From the NCBI GenBank assembly GCA_024704765.1, contig JAKMXF010000029.1:11651-75650 (forward strand): a DNA stretch of 64,000 nucleotides. Direction: 5' to 3'. The notes under the pieces are model-generated. The model worked only from the letters and a program-made list of their open reading frames with translations, had not been told where the DNA came from and made no database searches. The stretch is from Oopsacas minuta (Eukaryota; Animalia; Porifera). A program made the translations under genes and the position numbers. Of this stretch, positions 1 to 11,591 are shown piece by piece; the first letter of the stretch is position 1, and the number at the start of each line of letters is the position of its first letter.

Positions 1-398
1 TCTCCGTTTAGTTACATGGATTAGGGAAGCACAAATTTTATGCATGAAGCCACAATATTGAATGATTATTCGATCACTATTAGCACTAGCGCATGATACT
101 GCTAATTGGTTTCACACTTCTGCTGTCAAGTGTGTGCCTATATATCAACGGTGCATACAGCTTACATTGAATTTTCATTTCGCTATATAAAGGTGAAATT
201 CAAACAAATGCTTGACCATCATGATTCAATATTCTGTGATTTACAAAGCCAAATATGCAACAAACCACTAGTTTGAAAATCTTCAAGAAAATTATTTGTT
301 CCGTTCCTTGAATTATTGACTATAAATAACTGCTAACCTAGTACCTATGAAGAAATGTATACCTTTGTTCCTCTAATAGAGCTTGAATTATTTGAATA

Positions 399-3300
399 AT
401 GGATAACATCTACATTTCTGGAATGGAGGGAAAGTCTAAAGTATTACATATTGAAACACAAAAGATTCAGGTACGTGTACGTAATAACTATTCATGTACT
501 TCTAAACTACCTGATCATTCAACTCAGGCTGCCTCTATACCAAGTTAGGCGAGTGTGGTCAGATTTGTTGTCCTTCCTGGAAAATATCATATGGTTGAAC
601 GTGAATTCCAGTTTGGTTAATTGTAGAAACTACTAGAAGGTAACTAATGGTTGTACTGTTTACTGTGTGAACGGTGTAAACTAACTCGTAGCTCTTTTAC
701 ATATATTTGTGTCTACATGCATTTCCATCAGACGAACATTACGAACATCGCATCATTCTTTTGTAAATAAATACTACGTATCCGAATTGGATTCACAGAT
801 TATCTCTGTTTTAGGGCTTTTGAAGCGAATTTCATGATGGGTTAAAAAGTTTTTCGAATTAATTATATTGATTGCTCTAATTTTGCAATTTGGATTTGTT
901 TCATTTTTAGTACAGCTCCTATAGGGAGATGCCCAACGGCATGTAAGAAGTCCGACATCCATCCACACGGCCATACGAAATCTATCAGTCTGATTCACAT
1001 GAAAATGTGCACAAACATACATTTAGGTAGGAAATTTGCACCTCGGTTATAATTTTTCCTAAAGTAAATATTCACACCTTTTAGTGATTAATCATATTTT
1101 CACACATTTCTATATACAATTCAAAAGCATGATAGAGATTAGGTTTCAACATGTTGTCAGGGGTAATTGGGTGCGTAGAGTCTGATTTTGAGATTTCGAG
1201 AGTCTGAAAGTTACAAATTCACAGATTTATCATATGAATAATCATATTTTCACACATTTGCATATTATTCAAAATCATGCTAAATATTTCGCTTTAACTA
1301 TAAGTAAGGGGTAATCGAGTATGAAGATTCCAATTTTGACATTTTCAAATCTATATCTAAATGATTTATCATATGATTAATTATATTTTCACACCTTTTT
1401 GCAAATTATTCAAAATCTTTTAACTGCTATTAACCGATTATGGCGCCAAAGTGTTACGTTCGTGATGAGAAGGAACACTAACATTTTACCACTTCGTTTT
1501 AACCAATTCCCGCGCCAAAAACGAGATTTAGTACCTTTTGACGTCATAAAATCACTCATTTTCTGGCAGTATTCGGTTAATAGAAATTCAGAGGCGAAAT
1601 CTCTGCTGTCCAAACAATTTTACAAAACCTACTCCTGTCCGATTCTTACCTGAAAACCCGTTAATTGGGACTTTTTCTTAAATTTCCCTAGAAAATTGCC
1701 AGAATTTTATATTCATTGTTTTAGAATTTTATTAGAAATATATTATTAACTTGCGCGCTTCGCTTGCTAGGTCGCTGCGCGACACCTTAGCGCCTCAGGT
1801 TAGGTTAAGAAACAAAAAGGGTGATAATGATGTCATAATTTCGTCATAGGTGTGAATTTTCGCCCAAGACTCGAACTTGTCCGAGCCAGGCCCAAAATAC
1901 CCCTGTATGCCAAAAAAGCCTTGAGGGTCTTTCAGTTTCTTCAATCAATTCAAACATGTATATTTATATACATGGATTAAGCAGTGGCGGACTACCCAAT
2001 AGGCAAAGTATGGATTGCCTAGGGGCCAAAACCCCTAGTCCAGTGGTTTCCGACCTCATAGTGGTCCAACAGGATCTCAAACCTTGCATTATGGTCAATG
2101 GGAGGGGGTCCACAGTACATAGCCAATCTATTATAGGTGGTCCATGACTGAAAAGGTTGGGAAACACTACCCTAGTCAATTGAAAACTATTCTTTTCGCT
2201 CTCCTCATGACTTACTATATTTACGGCTTGCTAATCAAATAATTACCAAAATAATATACAACATTTCAATTTATCTAGTGTAACCAGAGGGTTTGGTCTT
2301 AATCCAGCAATAAGCACTTATTACAGTAAAACCTGAATACCTACACAATATTCTTCCATGAGTATATGTATAACTCAGTGTTTAGATTATTTATTTAATT
2401 TGTCCTCTGCTACTGTTGTATGATAGTGATTTTTTAAAATAATTGAAGAGTAGTTCCGTGACTTAATAGACAATTCGATTCAGCGTACTTGAGATACGAG
2501 ATATACCTATACTGGCTGTGTTGCTGTTTAGAGCATATATTTTGAAATTTGGGTAATTTGTTTTCTTTATTTTCATATAAATTACAATAAATTTACATAT
2601 GATTAATCCAAAAGTGTGAAAATCGGATTCAGCATGTTCGATATATTTAGTGAAATTTATTGAATTTTATTTACTTCCTTAATAAATACGATAAATACAT
2701 AGTTATGCAACAATTTCAAAATTGCATACCGTAAATCCTTTCCTTGACAACGGACAAACAAACAGACAAACAAAATTGAGATTTAATAATATATTCCACG
2801 GAAAGTTATTACATCCGAATAAACTGTTCGTTATCCACTTGGGAGACGTTGTTAACCCAAATGACTCTCATTGAGATACAATAGAACTTGGACGCGGACA
2901 TAGTAAGTTAGCAAACGAAGTACGTCTTATCCGAATATTCTTCCTATAGATACGATTAGTACAGTACTGGGATAGAAAATCCGATTTGGAGAAAGGTACG
3001 TACTAACCGAATGTACGTCTTAGCTGGTACTTACTAACTGAATTCTACTGTAGTAATTATATGTCACATCATTGATAACTTATGATGCAGACCTAAACTC
3101 CCAAATTTCTCTGATTTTCTGGGAAATTATCAAATGTTTTCATATAAATGGAACATTTCTATGCAGTGAGAGATCCACCTTTACAATTCAGATTTTTTGA
3201 ATATCCTTAAATTCATGTGTTTGTTTCCTCTAATCTAGACTTTTAAGATAAAGGAACTGAAAGTGAAGGTGAAAACAGTTACTGGGATTGATGTAGAGAA

Positions 3301-5485
3301 ACAACGTTTGCTCTACGGCTCCAAAGATCTCGAGGAAAGTCATAATGGGCAAGTGATGACATTTGAAGACTATGGTATACATGCTGGTGCCAGTATCGTT
3401 CTGGTAGTTAGACTACCAGGTGGTAACAGATATTTTCACTAACTTAGATTACTGACATACTTATAATATCTTCCATTATTAGTATTTTGTTCACATCCTG
3501 AAAGTTATTACATATAATTTGATCGGACTGATCAATTAGTAATTAGAGCTGTTTAATTAAACGCCTTCGCTTGTTTGGTCGCTGCCTGCCAGTTTGTGTC
3601 TCAGAATTATTTTAAGTGTGAAGCAGATAAATTTCTTAATGATTTTAGTCGCTACACGATGGGATATACTCAGTAGTACGTCCTACGTGCCTCGAGTTAA
3701 AAATTAGCGGAAATTTTAATTTTATTAACTATGGTCAATCCAATTACATTTAATAGCCTTCTGCCGTAAGACTGGAGCTGCGTGGCTTTTGGTTAGTAAT
3801 CTGGGCATTTCGTGCTTCGAGTATTATGAAATTCTATAATCTTGAAATTTCGGAAAATGTAATTTTCATGGTGGCGTAATAATCCATAATGTCATGGCAT
3901 TTAGCATATTGATGGTCCTGAGATTTCAAATTTGAAATTCTTATGATGTATATTGATGAACAGTGGCTAAGCAGTGGTTAATATGTGATTTTTCGAAATT
4001 TTAAAAGATGACAATGACTTCATAACTTTGTCATAGGTGTGAATGTTCTTCCAAGACTCGAATTTGTCCGAGCCAGCCATAAATACCCCTGTATGCCAAA
4101 GATCAGCCCTGGGGCCTTCCAGGTTCTTCAATCAATTCTGGAATTACAAATATATACAGTTGGAATAAATGGAGCACTTTTATAAGCGGGGAATTTTGAG
4201 TTCACATTCATTCATTTTCATAGAAACGAACCTCTCTAAGCTAGAAGTGGGGAACAGGGCATACTTTAGAGATAATTATGTCTCATGCCTTTGAAATTTA
4301 CCTCTATAAAAGGGGAATTCTACGCTACAATTTCTTGAATATTCAATTTTTGAGCTAGATTTGGAAAAAATTCATGTATTTTAGTATTTTCGCTATGATG
4401 AAAACATCGTTGGGTTTCTCAGTAGAAAATTTCTTATAATTTTGGATTTTCAACGAACTACCTTAGGGCATATTAGAATGCCTAATGTAAGTCGATGAAA
4501 ATCCAAAACCAGCCCTGGGGTCTTCCAGGTTTTCAATCAATTCCGACATACAAAAATACACAGTGCAGCCTCTATAAGGGGCCTCTATAAATGGAGCACT
4601 TTTATAAGCGGGGAAATTTTAGTCTACATTCATTCATTTTGTATCTTCTGATTACTAGCTATGGCAGATCTTGACCCTTTTGAAAAGAATAAAGTTTCTT
4701 TCAGTGAAGCTAGAGGCTGTCAATTGCTATTCGTTAAATTTAGGGACCAAGAAAGAACTGTATCTTTCTCACATCCTAATGGTAATTGCAATACATGTGG
4801 TCATCCTTCTGGTCTTCAAATGAAATGTGGTCATTTGATTTGCCCAGACGATATCCTTGATAAGGCCTGGCATGATATCGGAAACATGAAGTTTGAGATT
4901 AGTTGCACAGAATGCGAAAACATTATTTTAATGAAGGATATATTCAAATTTGGATTGCCTACTCTAGAAGAGGAACAATTCCTAACAACTGCAATAACGA
5001 CAAACTATTATGAAAGTCAGGATATCCAGCAATGTCCTCAATGTAAGACTCTTTGTCAAAGAGAAAAAAAGGATTCCCCACAAATATTTTGCGTAATTTG
5101 TCCTCGAAGAGGAAAAGATTATTATACATTTTGCTGGTATTGCCTGAGGGATTGGAAGAATACAGATAGTCATCAAGTCTGTGGAAATGAGAAGTGTTTG
5201 AGAGAAAAGACATTAGCTTTGATTAATTCTCCAATGAAGGATTTTAAAGATCATAACGGAAAAGTCGTCTCTATTCCAACTAGGAGAGCTTGTCCCAGAA
5301 AAGGTTGCCATACTCTCATCGAACACACACAAGCATGCAATACTATGACGTGTTGTAGTTGTAAGAATGATTTTTGTTTCATATGTCTATCTCAATCAAG
5401 TTCTGGGAGTCTAGCTTGCAAAAGTAAAAGTTATAATGCCACTGGAATCCGCTGCAGCCCAGCTCCCATTCAAACTAAGTTTTGA
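399..5485 (+). CDS. Ubiquitin-like domain fused to an RBR-type (RING1-like/IBR/RING2) E3 ligase, 3 exons: join(399..470,3239..3422,4659..5485), 360 aa
   Basis: Exon 1 encodes MDNIYISGMEGKSKVLHIETQKIQ, followed by donor gtacgt. Exon 2 follows ...taatctag and encodes TFKIKELKVKVKTVTGIDVEKQRLLYGSKDLEE...FEDYGIHAGASIVLVVRLPG, a ubiquitin fold. A phase-1 donor G|gtaaca at 3423 joins acceptor ...attactag|CT at 4659, in frame with ORF 4661..5485. That ORF has a RING1-like CGHLIC, an IBR (CPQC...C..C...FCWYC) and a RING2 (CPRKGC..LIEHTQACNTMTCCSCKNDFCFIC). Total length is 1083 nt, divisible by 3. Confidence 0.8.
895..1400 (+). mobile_element. Non-autonomous Helentron/DINE-1-like (HINE) repeat; inverted copy at ~44760-45165
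   Basis: Begins tttt...agtacagctcctatagggagatgcc. The copy at 45150->44760 has the same start plus a gtccgtgcgtccgt microsatellite-like tract typical of DINE-1/HINE elements. Family assignment is inferred. Confidence 0.5.
1830..1960 (+). repeat. Dispersed repeat module (ccaagactcgaacttgtccgagccaggcccaaaatacccctgtatgccaaaaa); further copies at ~4030-4150, 9750-9870, 15460-15620 (inverted) and 41400-41530
   Basis: The same ~130-bp module was seen directly at five places in both orientations. Confidence 0.85.
2560..2795 (-). repeat. Abundant AT-rich dispersed repeat, probably a non-autonomous Helitron; copies at ~5880-6190, 8330-8640, 9000-9400, 27190-27780, 35540-35980, 46320-46460, 50000-50110 and 63480-63600
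   Basis: Shared blocks include ttattaaatctcaa..tgtttgtctgtttgtttgtccgttg, gtgtgaaaatcggattcagcatgttcgatatatttagtgaa and ttttatgaatataaagtaaacaaa. The Helitron assignment is inferred from the (gttt/gtct)n 5' tract and GC-rich ends. Confidence 0.7.
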
Positions 5486-6205
5486 GAATATATTCAACAC
5501 TCTCTACTAGACATTTCACCAATATATGTTACTGGCTATAAAAGTTAATAATTTTGTTCCAATTTCTATTCATGGTGTCAACTACAGTTGAACCTCGTTA
5601 ATACGAACATGGTTAGTGCGAATTTCCGATATGACGAAAAGGTTTTTTCCTAATATCAGGTCCCTACAATGGTTAGTATCATACCTTCTGTTCTCCAAGT
5701 GCTAGTCATCACACCGTTTTTATTGTTTAATGCAAATATAGACAAGTAATGATAATAATTTCTATGAAAAATATAGCCTAAAACAATATTGAGTAGATAA
5801 TTAGCATATTTTAAAAGAATGATTGTAAAATTTTATAGTACAAGCTATACAATGCTACAATGCTTGCCACCCGGATATATGAATTATGAGCCTTTGGCTG
5901 GTCGCTTGGCGATGAACTCAGCGCATTGCGCCTCGATCTATTCAACGGATAAACAAACAGACAAACAACAATTGAGATTTAATAATATTGATGTTATATA
6001 AGATATTTGAACTCAGCATACTCGATTACCCCAGTATAGTCGTTGAAAGTATGATTCTACCTCAATTTTGAAATTGTTCACTTTATATTCATAAAAACAA
6101 CAATAAATTTACATATAAGAAACTTGAAAATGCGAAATTCTGGTTCAGCGTACTTAGTTACCCCTGGGTAGCGGTTTAGAGCTAGCCTATACGCATGGCC
6201 TACTA

Positions 6206-7512
6206 CGGGGGCACTCAATAAGTTTTGAGCCTGACTATGTTGCGGCTCTTATATAAGTAAACCATTACTTGTTTCGAATAAACATGGGATAAATATACTT
6301 CGCTGAAAATCTTGTAACTTTATCTTGTATACTTTTCAGATAGCAGTAGTTTTATTATCTATGGATTCCTTAGTTACCAAATCCTCAATACAGTTATCAA
6401 GACGTGATATTCGTGCGGTAATACTTTTTCAGTTCCAACTTTTGAAAACAATAAAAGAATGTCACGAAAATTTCTGTACAGCCTTTCCAAATAACAAGGT
6501 ATCTGCGGCAACAGTGAAAAGATGGTACAGAGAATTTAAGTGTGGGAATTTTCATCTTGAAGACCAACCCCGCCCTGGACCACCCCCATACGCTGTTACA
6601 GAGGGAATTGTTGAGTCAATTGAGGACATGGTGATAGCAGACCCAAATGTTGCATATGAGAGGATTAAGCACGAAATTGGCATTTCATCCGGGGCAGTGC
6701 ACACCGTTTTACACCAATCACTTCAGCTACGTAAACTTTGTGGCCGTTGGATCCCACATCAGCTTCATCCTGAGCAGAAGCAGAATCGAGTGAAATGTTG
6801 CCATGAAATGCTTAAAAAATTCAACAATGGCAACAGTAGAGATGTTTCCAAAATAATAACTGGTGATGAAACATGGATCTATCAATATGACCCAGAAACA
6901 AAGCAGCAGAGCCGTCAATGGTGTGAAAATGGAGAAGGTCCCCCAACAAAGGTTCGCAGAACTCAGTACACCAAGAAACAAATGTATACAATTTTTTTTA
7001 ATACAACGGGTGTTAAAACTGTTGTACCTCTTGAACCTGGTAAGACAATTAATTCAACCTAGTATACAGAGAGTTGTTTGCCTCTAGTCATAAATGCAAT
7101 AAATTTACAGCGTCCTGGCACAGGATTAAGGGGAACTTTTTTGCACCACGATAATGCCAGTTCTCATACATCAAAAATGACACGACAATTCATTGAAGAA
7201 TCAGGACTACATATTTTGCCATACCCCCTTTATTCTCCAGATCTAGCACCCTGCGACTTCTGGCTCTTTCCCAGAATAAAAAAATACCTTAAAGGCAGAA
7301 ATTTTTCATCGAATTCTGAACTTGAGGGGGCCCTCAGAGAAGTGATCGGAGACATCAACGAAAAGGAATTTAAAGAAGCTATTCAAGGTTGGTTTAAACG
7401 AATGAACAAGTGTATTCAAGCTAAGGGATGCTATTTCGAACAATTATAGTCAAAATAAATATAGATTGATGCTTTTTGATACTTAGGCTCAAAAGTTATT
7501 GAGTACCCCTCG
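6206..7512 (+). mobile_element. Tc1/mariner (DD34D mariner) transposon, 1307 bp
   Basis: Imperfect 27-28 bp TIRs: CGGGGGCACTCAATAAGTTTTGAGCCT and the reverse complement of AGGCTCAAAAGTTATTGAGTACCCCTCG. TA target-site duplication at 6204-6205 and 7513-7514. Encodes a transposase. Confidence 0.95.
6361..7449 (+). pseudogene. Mariner transposase interrupted by one in-frame TAG (7060-7062)
   Basis: ORFs 6325..7062 and 7078..7449 are in the same frame. Motifs present: WIPHQL, TGDETW, HHDNASSH and YSPDLAPCDF, with 34 residues between the second and third D. The stop falls at the usual TIN.xWY position (inferred TGG>TAG). Confidence 0.93.
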
Positions 7513-8654
7513 TATATACACGGCTAGCTAAGCAAAGAATTGCCAAAATAATATCCAGGCTATTGATTATATTCTGTTTGATCATGAAGAATTCAAGTTA
7601 TCATAACAAATTCAACTGTAAAGAGGATTCCACATACGGCGGAGACATCTAGAATACTTTGGATCTTGCATTCCAAGTTATTTTAGCCACAATGACGCAA
7701 TCAAAGTTCATGCCCATATATGGGAATTTTTTTCATTCTTATCAATTCTTTCAGAAACTCTCAAAACTTAAACTAATCCTTTTTATCAAAATACCTTCTA
7801 CTTGGTAAATGTTAGTTTAAGTAACCAAAAGATGATCTTCATTTTCATAAACACATTAAAATAATCATTTTAATGATATTCGCCGTAAATACGGCATTAA
7901 TAAGTCAATCCTATAAAATCGAAGAAATTCCATCAAAAAATGTATGCGAACACAAAATATGTCATAATTGTAACCATTTTTATATGTATATTAATACAAT
8001 CTTTCTATTGTGTTTTTGTGCTAAGTTAATACGAATAATGATTCATTTCATGGGATTTGTGGGTTTTTTGATAATATTGGTATTTATTAGTAAAATAATT
8101 ACCATAATTGAAGATGAACTTTGATTGCGTCATTGTGGTTAAAATAACTTGGAAAGTAGGTTAAAAAGTATTCTAGATGTCTCCACTATATGTGGAATCC
8201 TCTATACAGTAGAATTTGTAATGATAACTTGAACTCTTCATGAACAAATAGAATATATTCAATGGCCTGGAAATTATTTTGGCAATTATTTGCTTAGCTA
8301 GCCGTGTATATATAGTAGGCCATGCTGTACGTATATTTTTGAGATTTCGCTAATTTGGTTACTTTATATTCATAAAAACAACAATAAATTACATATGATT
8401 AATCCCCAAGTGTGAAAATCGGATTCCGCATGTTCGATATATTTAGTGAAGTTATACTGAATTATTTTTACTATCTTGATAAACACGATAAATACATAGT
8501 TTTGCGACAATTTCAAATTGCATACCCCAGGGGTAACTGAGTACGCTGAATCTGAATTTCGCATTTTCAAGTTTCTTATATGTAAATTTATTGTTGTTTT
8601 AAAGAATATAAAGTAAACAAATTTTAAAATTGTTGTAGAAACATGTTTCAATCT

Positions 8655-8975
8655 AAGTTGTTTAATACGTCTTTTAATGAAGACATATCACGTATAATAC
8701 GATTTTATAATTCGTATTATACGTTCAATCTACAATCTTTGGTGACGGAACTTCTATTGAGCTGATTTCTGTATTTTATATTTTGCATGAAAACAGAAGT
8801 TCTCGAATTGTTAATGAGAAATATCAGCTTAGTTGACTAACTTATATATTACTTGATATTAATCTAATTTGTACAAGTCTCAAAATGTAACATCTCCTAT
8901 TCCGAGAATAACCTAGAAGTATAATACGTTCAAATAGATCACGTATAACGTATTATACAAAATTAGTTTTCAATG
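8655..8975. mobile_element. MITE-like repeat with ends ctaagttgtttaatac...gtattatacaa; second copy at ~38853-39172
   Basis: Two ~310-bp copies with short terminal inverted repeats and no ORF. Confidence 0.6.
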
Positions 8976-10168
8976 ATTATACTGAGGAAATCGAGTATGC
9001 TGAGTCCTAATATGATATTGTAGACACATTTTGTGTATATTTGTTTACTTTTAGGTACATAAAGTAAACAAATTTCAAATTCGTAGTAGATTCATACTTT
9101 CAACGGCTATAATGGGGTAATCGAGTATGCTGAGTCCGAATATGATATTGTAAACAACATCTATCTATCTATCTATCTATATTATTCAATCTCAATTATT
9201 GTTTGTCTGTTTGTTTGTCCGTTGTTATGTAGATACAAAGTTGTTATTTATGAACTTGCTACAAAGGGCTACCGAGGGGTAAGTAAGTAGTCAGTACGCT
9301 GAATCCGAATTTCGCATTATCAAGGCTTCTCAAATGTAAATGTATCGTTGTTTTATGAATACAAAGTAAACAAATTATCCTAAATCATAAAATGTACGTA
9401 GATACTTGCCCTCAATGGCTACAAAGGGTGTTGATCTTACAAAATAATTCAATAACATATATGCCATATACGTATATTTGTGAATTACATGGTTCTAAAT
9501 ATATCTATATTAAAATACTCAAAAAGGCCGTCAATTTGGAGAATAATGGATATCTGGAGGGCAATGCGCCGAGTTAATTGTGAAGCAATTTCAACTTGAA
9601 ACTGCAATTGTCCAATATGATGACGTCAGAATAGGTAACATATTGAGGGATACCTGCGATTCAAATTTCAATTTTCTCTCATGTATATTGGCTGAGCAGT
9701 GGCCATTAATGTGATATTTCGGAAATCCAAAAAGGCAATTACGTCATAATTTCGTCATAGGTTTGAACTTTCGTCTAAGACTCTAACTCGACCGAGCCAG
9801 GCCCAAAGTACCCATCCCCTTTCTTAGAAAAATTATCTCTGGGGAAATTCCAGTTTCTTCAATCAATTCTGGACAAATAGACATAGAAATATATACATAT
9901 ATATACTTACATCAGATTAAATGCGTTAATAATATAATAATATAGATAAAATTTGAAATCCAGGGAAATTAAATCACGAGATTTTGAGATAAATATCCAG
10001 GGAAATTAAATCACGAGATTTTGAGATAATTATCCAGGGAAATAGTTAGAAATGGTTGATAATTATATCTGATAGTTAATTAAGTAGTTAGCATAGGATG
10101 ATCAGTTAATAGAAATGAGCATTCACTAATTGAGTAATCAGAGAGGGGACTGAATGTTGGAGGATATA

Positions 10169-10170
<2 letters not shown>

Positions 10171-10202
<32 letters not shown>
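10171..10202. repeat. (AT)n microsatellite upstream of 7TM gene A
   Basis: About 16 AT units seen directly. Confidence 0.9.
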
Positions 10203-10205
<3 letters not shown>

Positions 10206-10236
10206 AGAAAAAGAAATCAACTGTAATACACAAGAA

Positions 10237-11418
10237 ATGAACAGTAGCATCACTACATCCCAAAAACATTATGATAACATAATTTTTTCACATATAAACA
10301 AAATTCATAGTATTATTACGCCAATATTCTTCCTAAACATTCTACTTATTTTATTATTCTCCAGTTCATGGGCAATATATTCAATCAGTAAATTGCTGAA
10401 AGATTACAGAAAAGAGAAATTGAATTCTAAACTAATTAACAGCCGACCAGAACATGTGTGGCTCAACGAGATGCAAAATTTTAGGACAAACAGAATAAAA
10501 CATATTTTCCTCTTAGCTATATGTTTGAGTGATATTGGATTTACATTTTCAATCGTTTACCAGGAATTTCTTGCAATACCAGGAATTTATAACAGCACTC
10601 CTTGGTTGGAAAAATATTATTTTGGGGAAAAGCTAGTATTTATTGACAAACATATAAATACTTTCAATAATATACAAGTATTTGTAACGTCGACAGCCTC
10701 TTGTATAGTGCATGCTATAACCACAATATCTGTCTACTCTATGGCATTATTTGTTCGTATTCTAACACAGTTTATGGTATATCAATACAGTTATTTCAAA
10801 TCACAACTGAATTTAAAGTTTGAGTTATATATCTCACTTTCCTGTCTTATCGTCCTATTCATTATGGCTGTAGTTCAACAACCACAACTAATAATGATAT
10901 ATAATGTTTGTATTGTAATGGTGGTAACCTATGAATATGTCTCGTTTCTCATTGCAAGTAGAAAATTGTGTCTTTTACTCAAGCAACGACTTTCTGATGC
11001 AATTCAACATGAAAACCAATCTAGAACTGTAATACTCTACTACAAAACAGTATACAATGATTATAAGAAAGGATCAATTGTTATGTTAATAGCATTCTTT
11101 GCTCAATATTTGGGTTTCTCCATCTACTGTATCAATCCAGTTATTATAAATATTATTAGAGATGCCTTACCCAATGAAGATGATATTGAGGCTATGAATA
11201 TTATTGTTTTATGTATTTCTACATTTCAGTTAATTGAAATAATTGTAGGAACACTAGGAACTAGCATACAGATATTACTCTATTTGACTGTTTCTCTATG
11301 CAGGACATTTCGGAGCATTTATCATCGTATTAAGCTGAATGACAATATTTCTTCTAACAGATCTTCTCTCAAAATACTGATTGAAAGAAATAATACAGCT
11401 TACAGAATGAAAATGTGA
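10237..11418 (+). CDS. Lineage-specific intronless 7TM (GPCR-like) protein, paralogue A, 393 aa
   Basis: Intact ORF with seven hydrophobic segments and basic predicted ICL1/ICL3. Close paralogue of 24139..25326 and 16404..17569. No canonical rhodopsin DRY/NPxxY motifs, so the GPCR label rests on topology only. Confidence 0.8.
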   Translation: MNSSITTSQKHYDNIIFSHINKIHSIITPIFFLNILLILLFSSSWAIYSISKLLKDYRKEKLNSKLINSRPEHVWLNEMQNFRTNRIKHIFLLAICLSDIGFTFSIVYQEFLAIPGIYNSTPWLEKYYFGEKLVFIDKHINTFNNIQVFVTSTASCIVHAITTISVYSMALFVRILTQFMVYQYSYFKSQLNLKFELYISLSCLIVLFIMAVVQQPQLIMIYNVCIVMVVTYEYVSFLIASRKLCLLLKQRLSDAIQHENQSRTVILYYKTVYNDYKKGSIVMLIAFFAQYLGFSIYCINPVIINIIRDALPNEDDIEAMNIIVLCISTFQLIEIIVGTLGTSIQILLYLTVSLCRTFRSIYHRIKLNDNISSNRSSLKILIERNNTAYRMKM

Positions 11419-11591
11419 AATAATGATTGTATATTGCAGATAATAATTGATTTACATTTGTATTATTATATTACAGGTTATATAATTCGTTGATTTATTC
11501 TAGATTAATCTCTCCGTATTATTATATACTATAGTCAATAGATTTGTTATAACTATAATAGTATATTTATGAGTATTTATGTACACTGTAT

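Larger units (their letters stand above)
6193..8325. mobile_element. Foldback/MITE with ~200-bp terminal inverted repeats (ends GCATGGCCTAC...GTAGGCCATGC), ~820 bp once the nested mariner is removed
   Basis: 7513-7720 is the reverse complement of ~8120-8325. Flanks are tatac (6188-6192) and tgtac (8326-8330), an apparent 5-bp TSD with one mismatch. Arm fragments also occur at 44455-44700 and 47740-47858. Confidence 0.75.

Noticed and set aside
4220-4290. Alternative acceptor (ttttcatag) that could add a short tail to the UBL exon
   Set aside because: Part of a locally duplicated MITE-like block (also at 4590-4640). It gives only a short non-conserved peptide.
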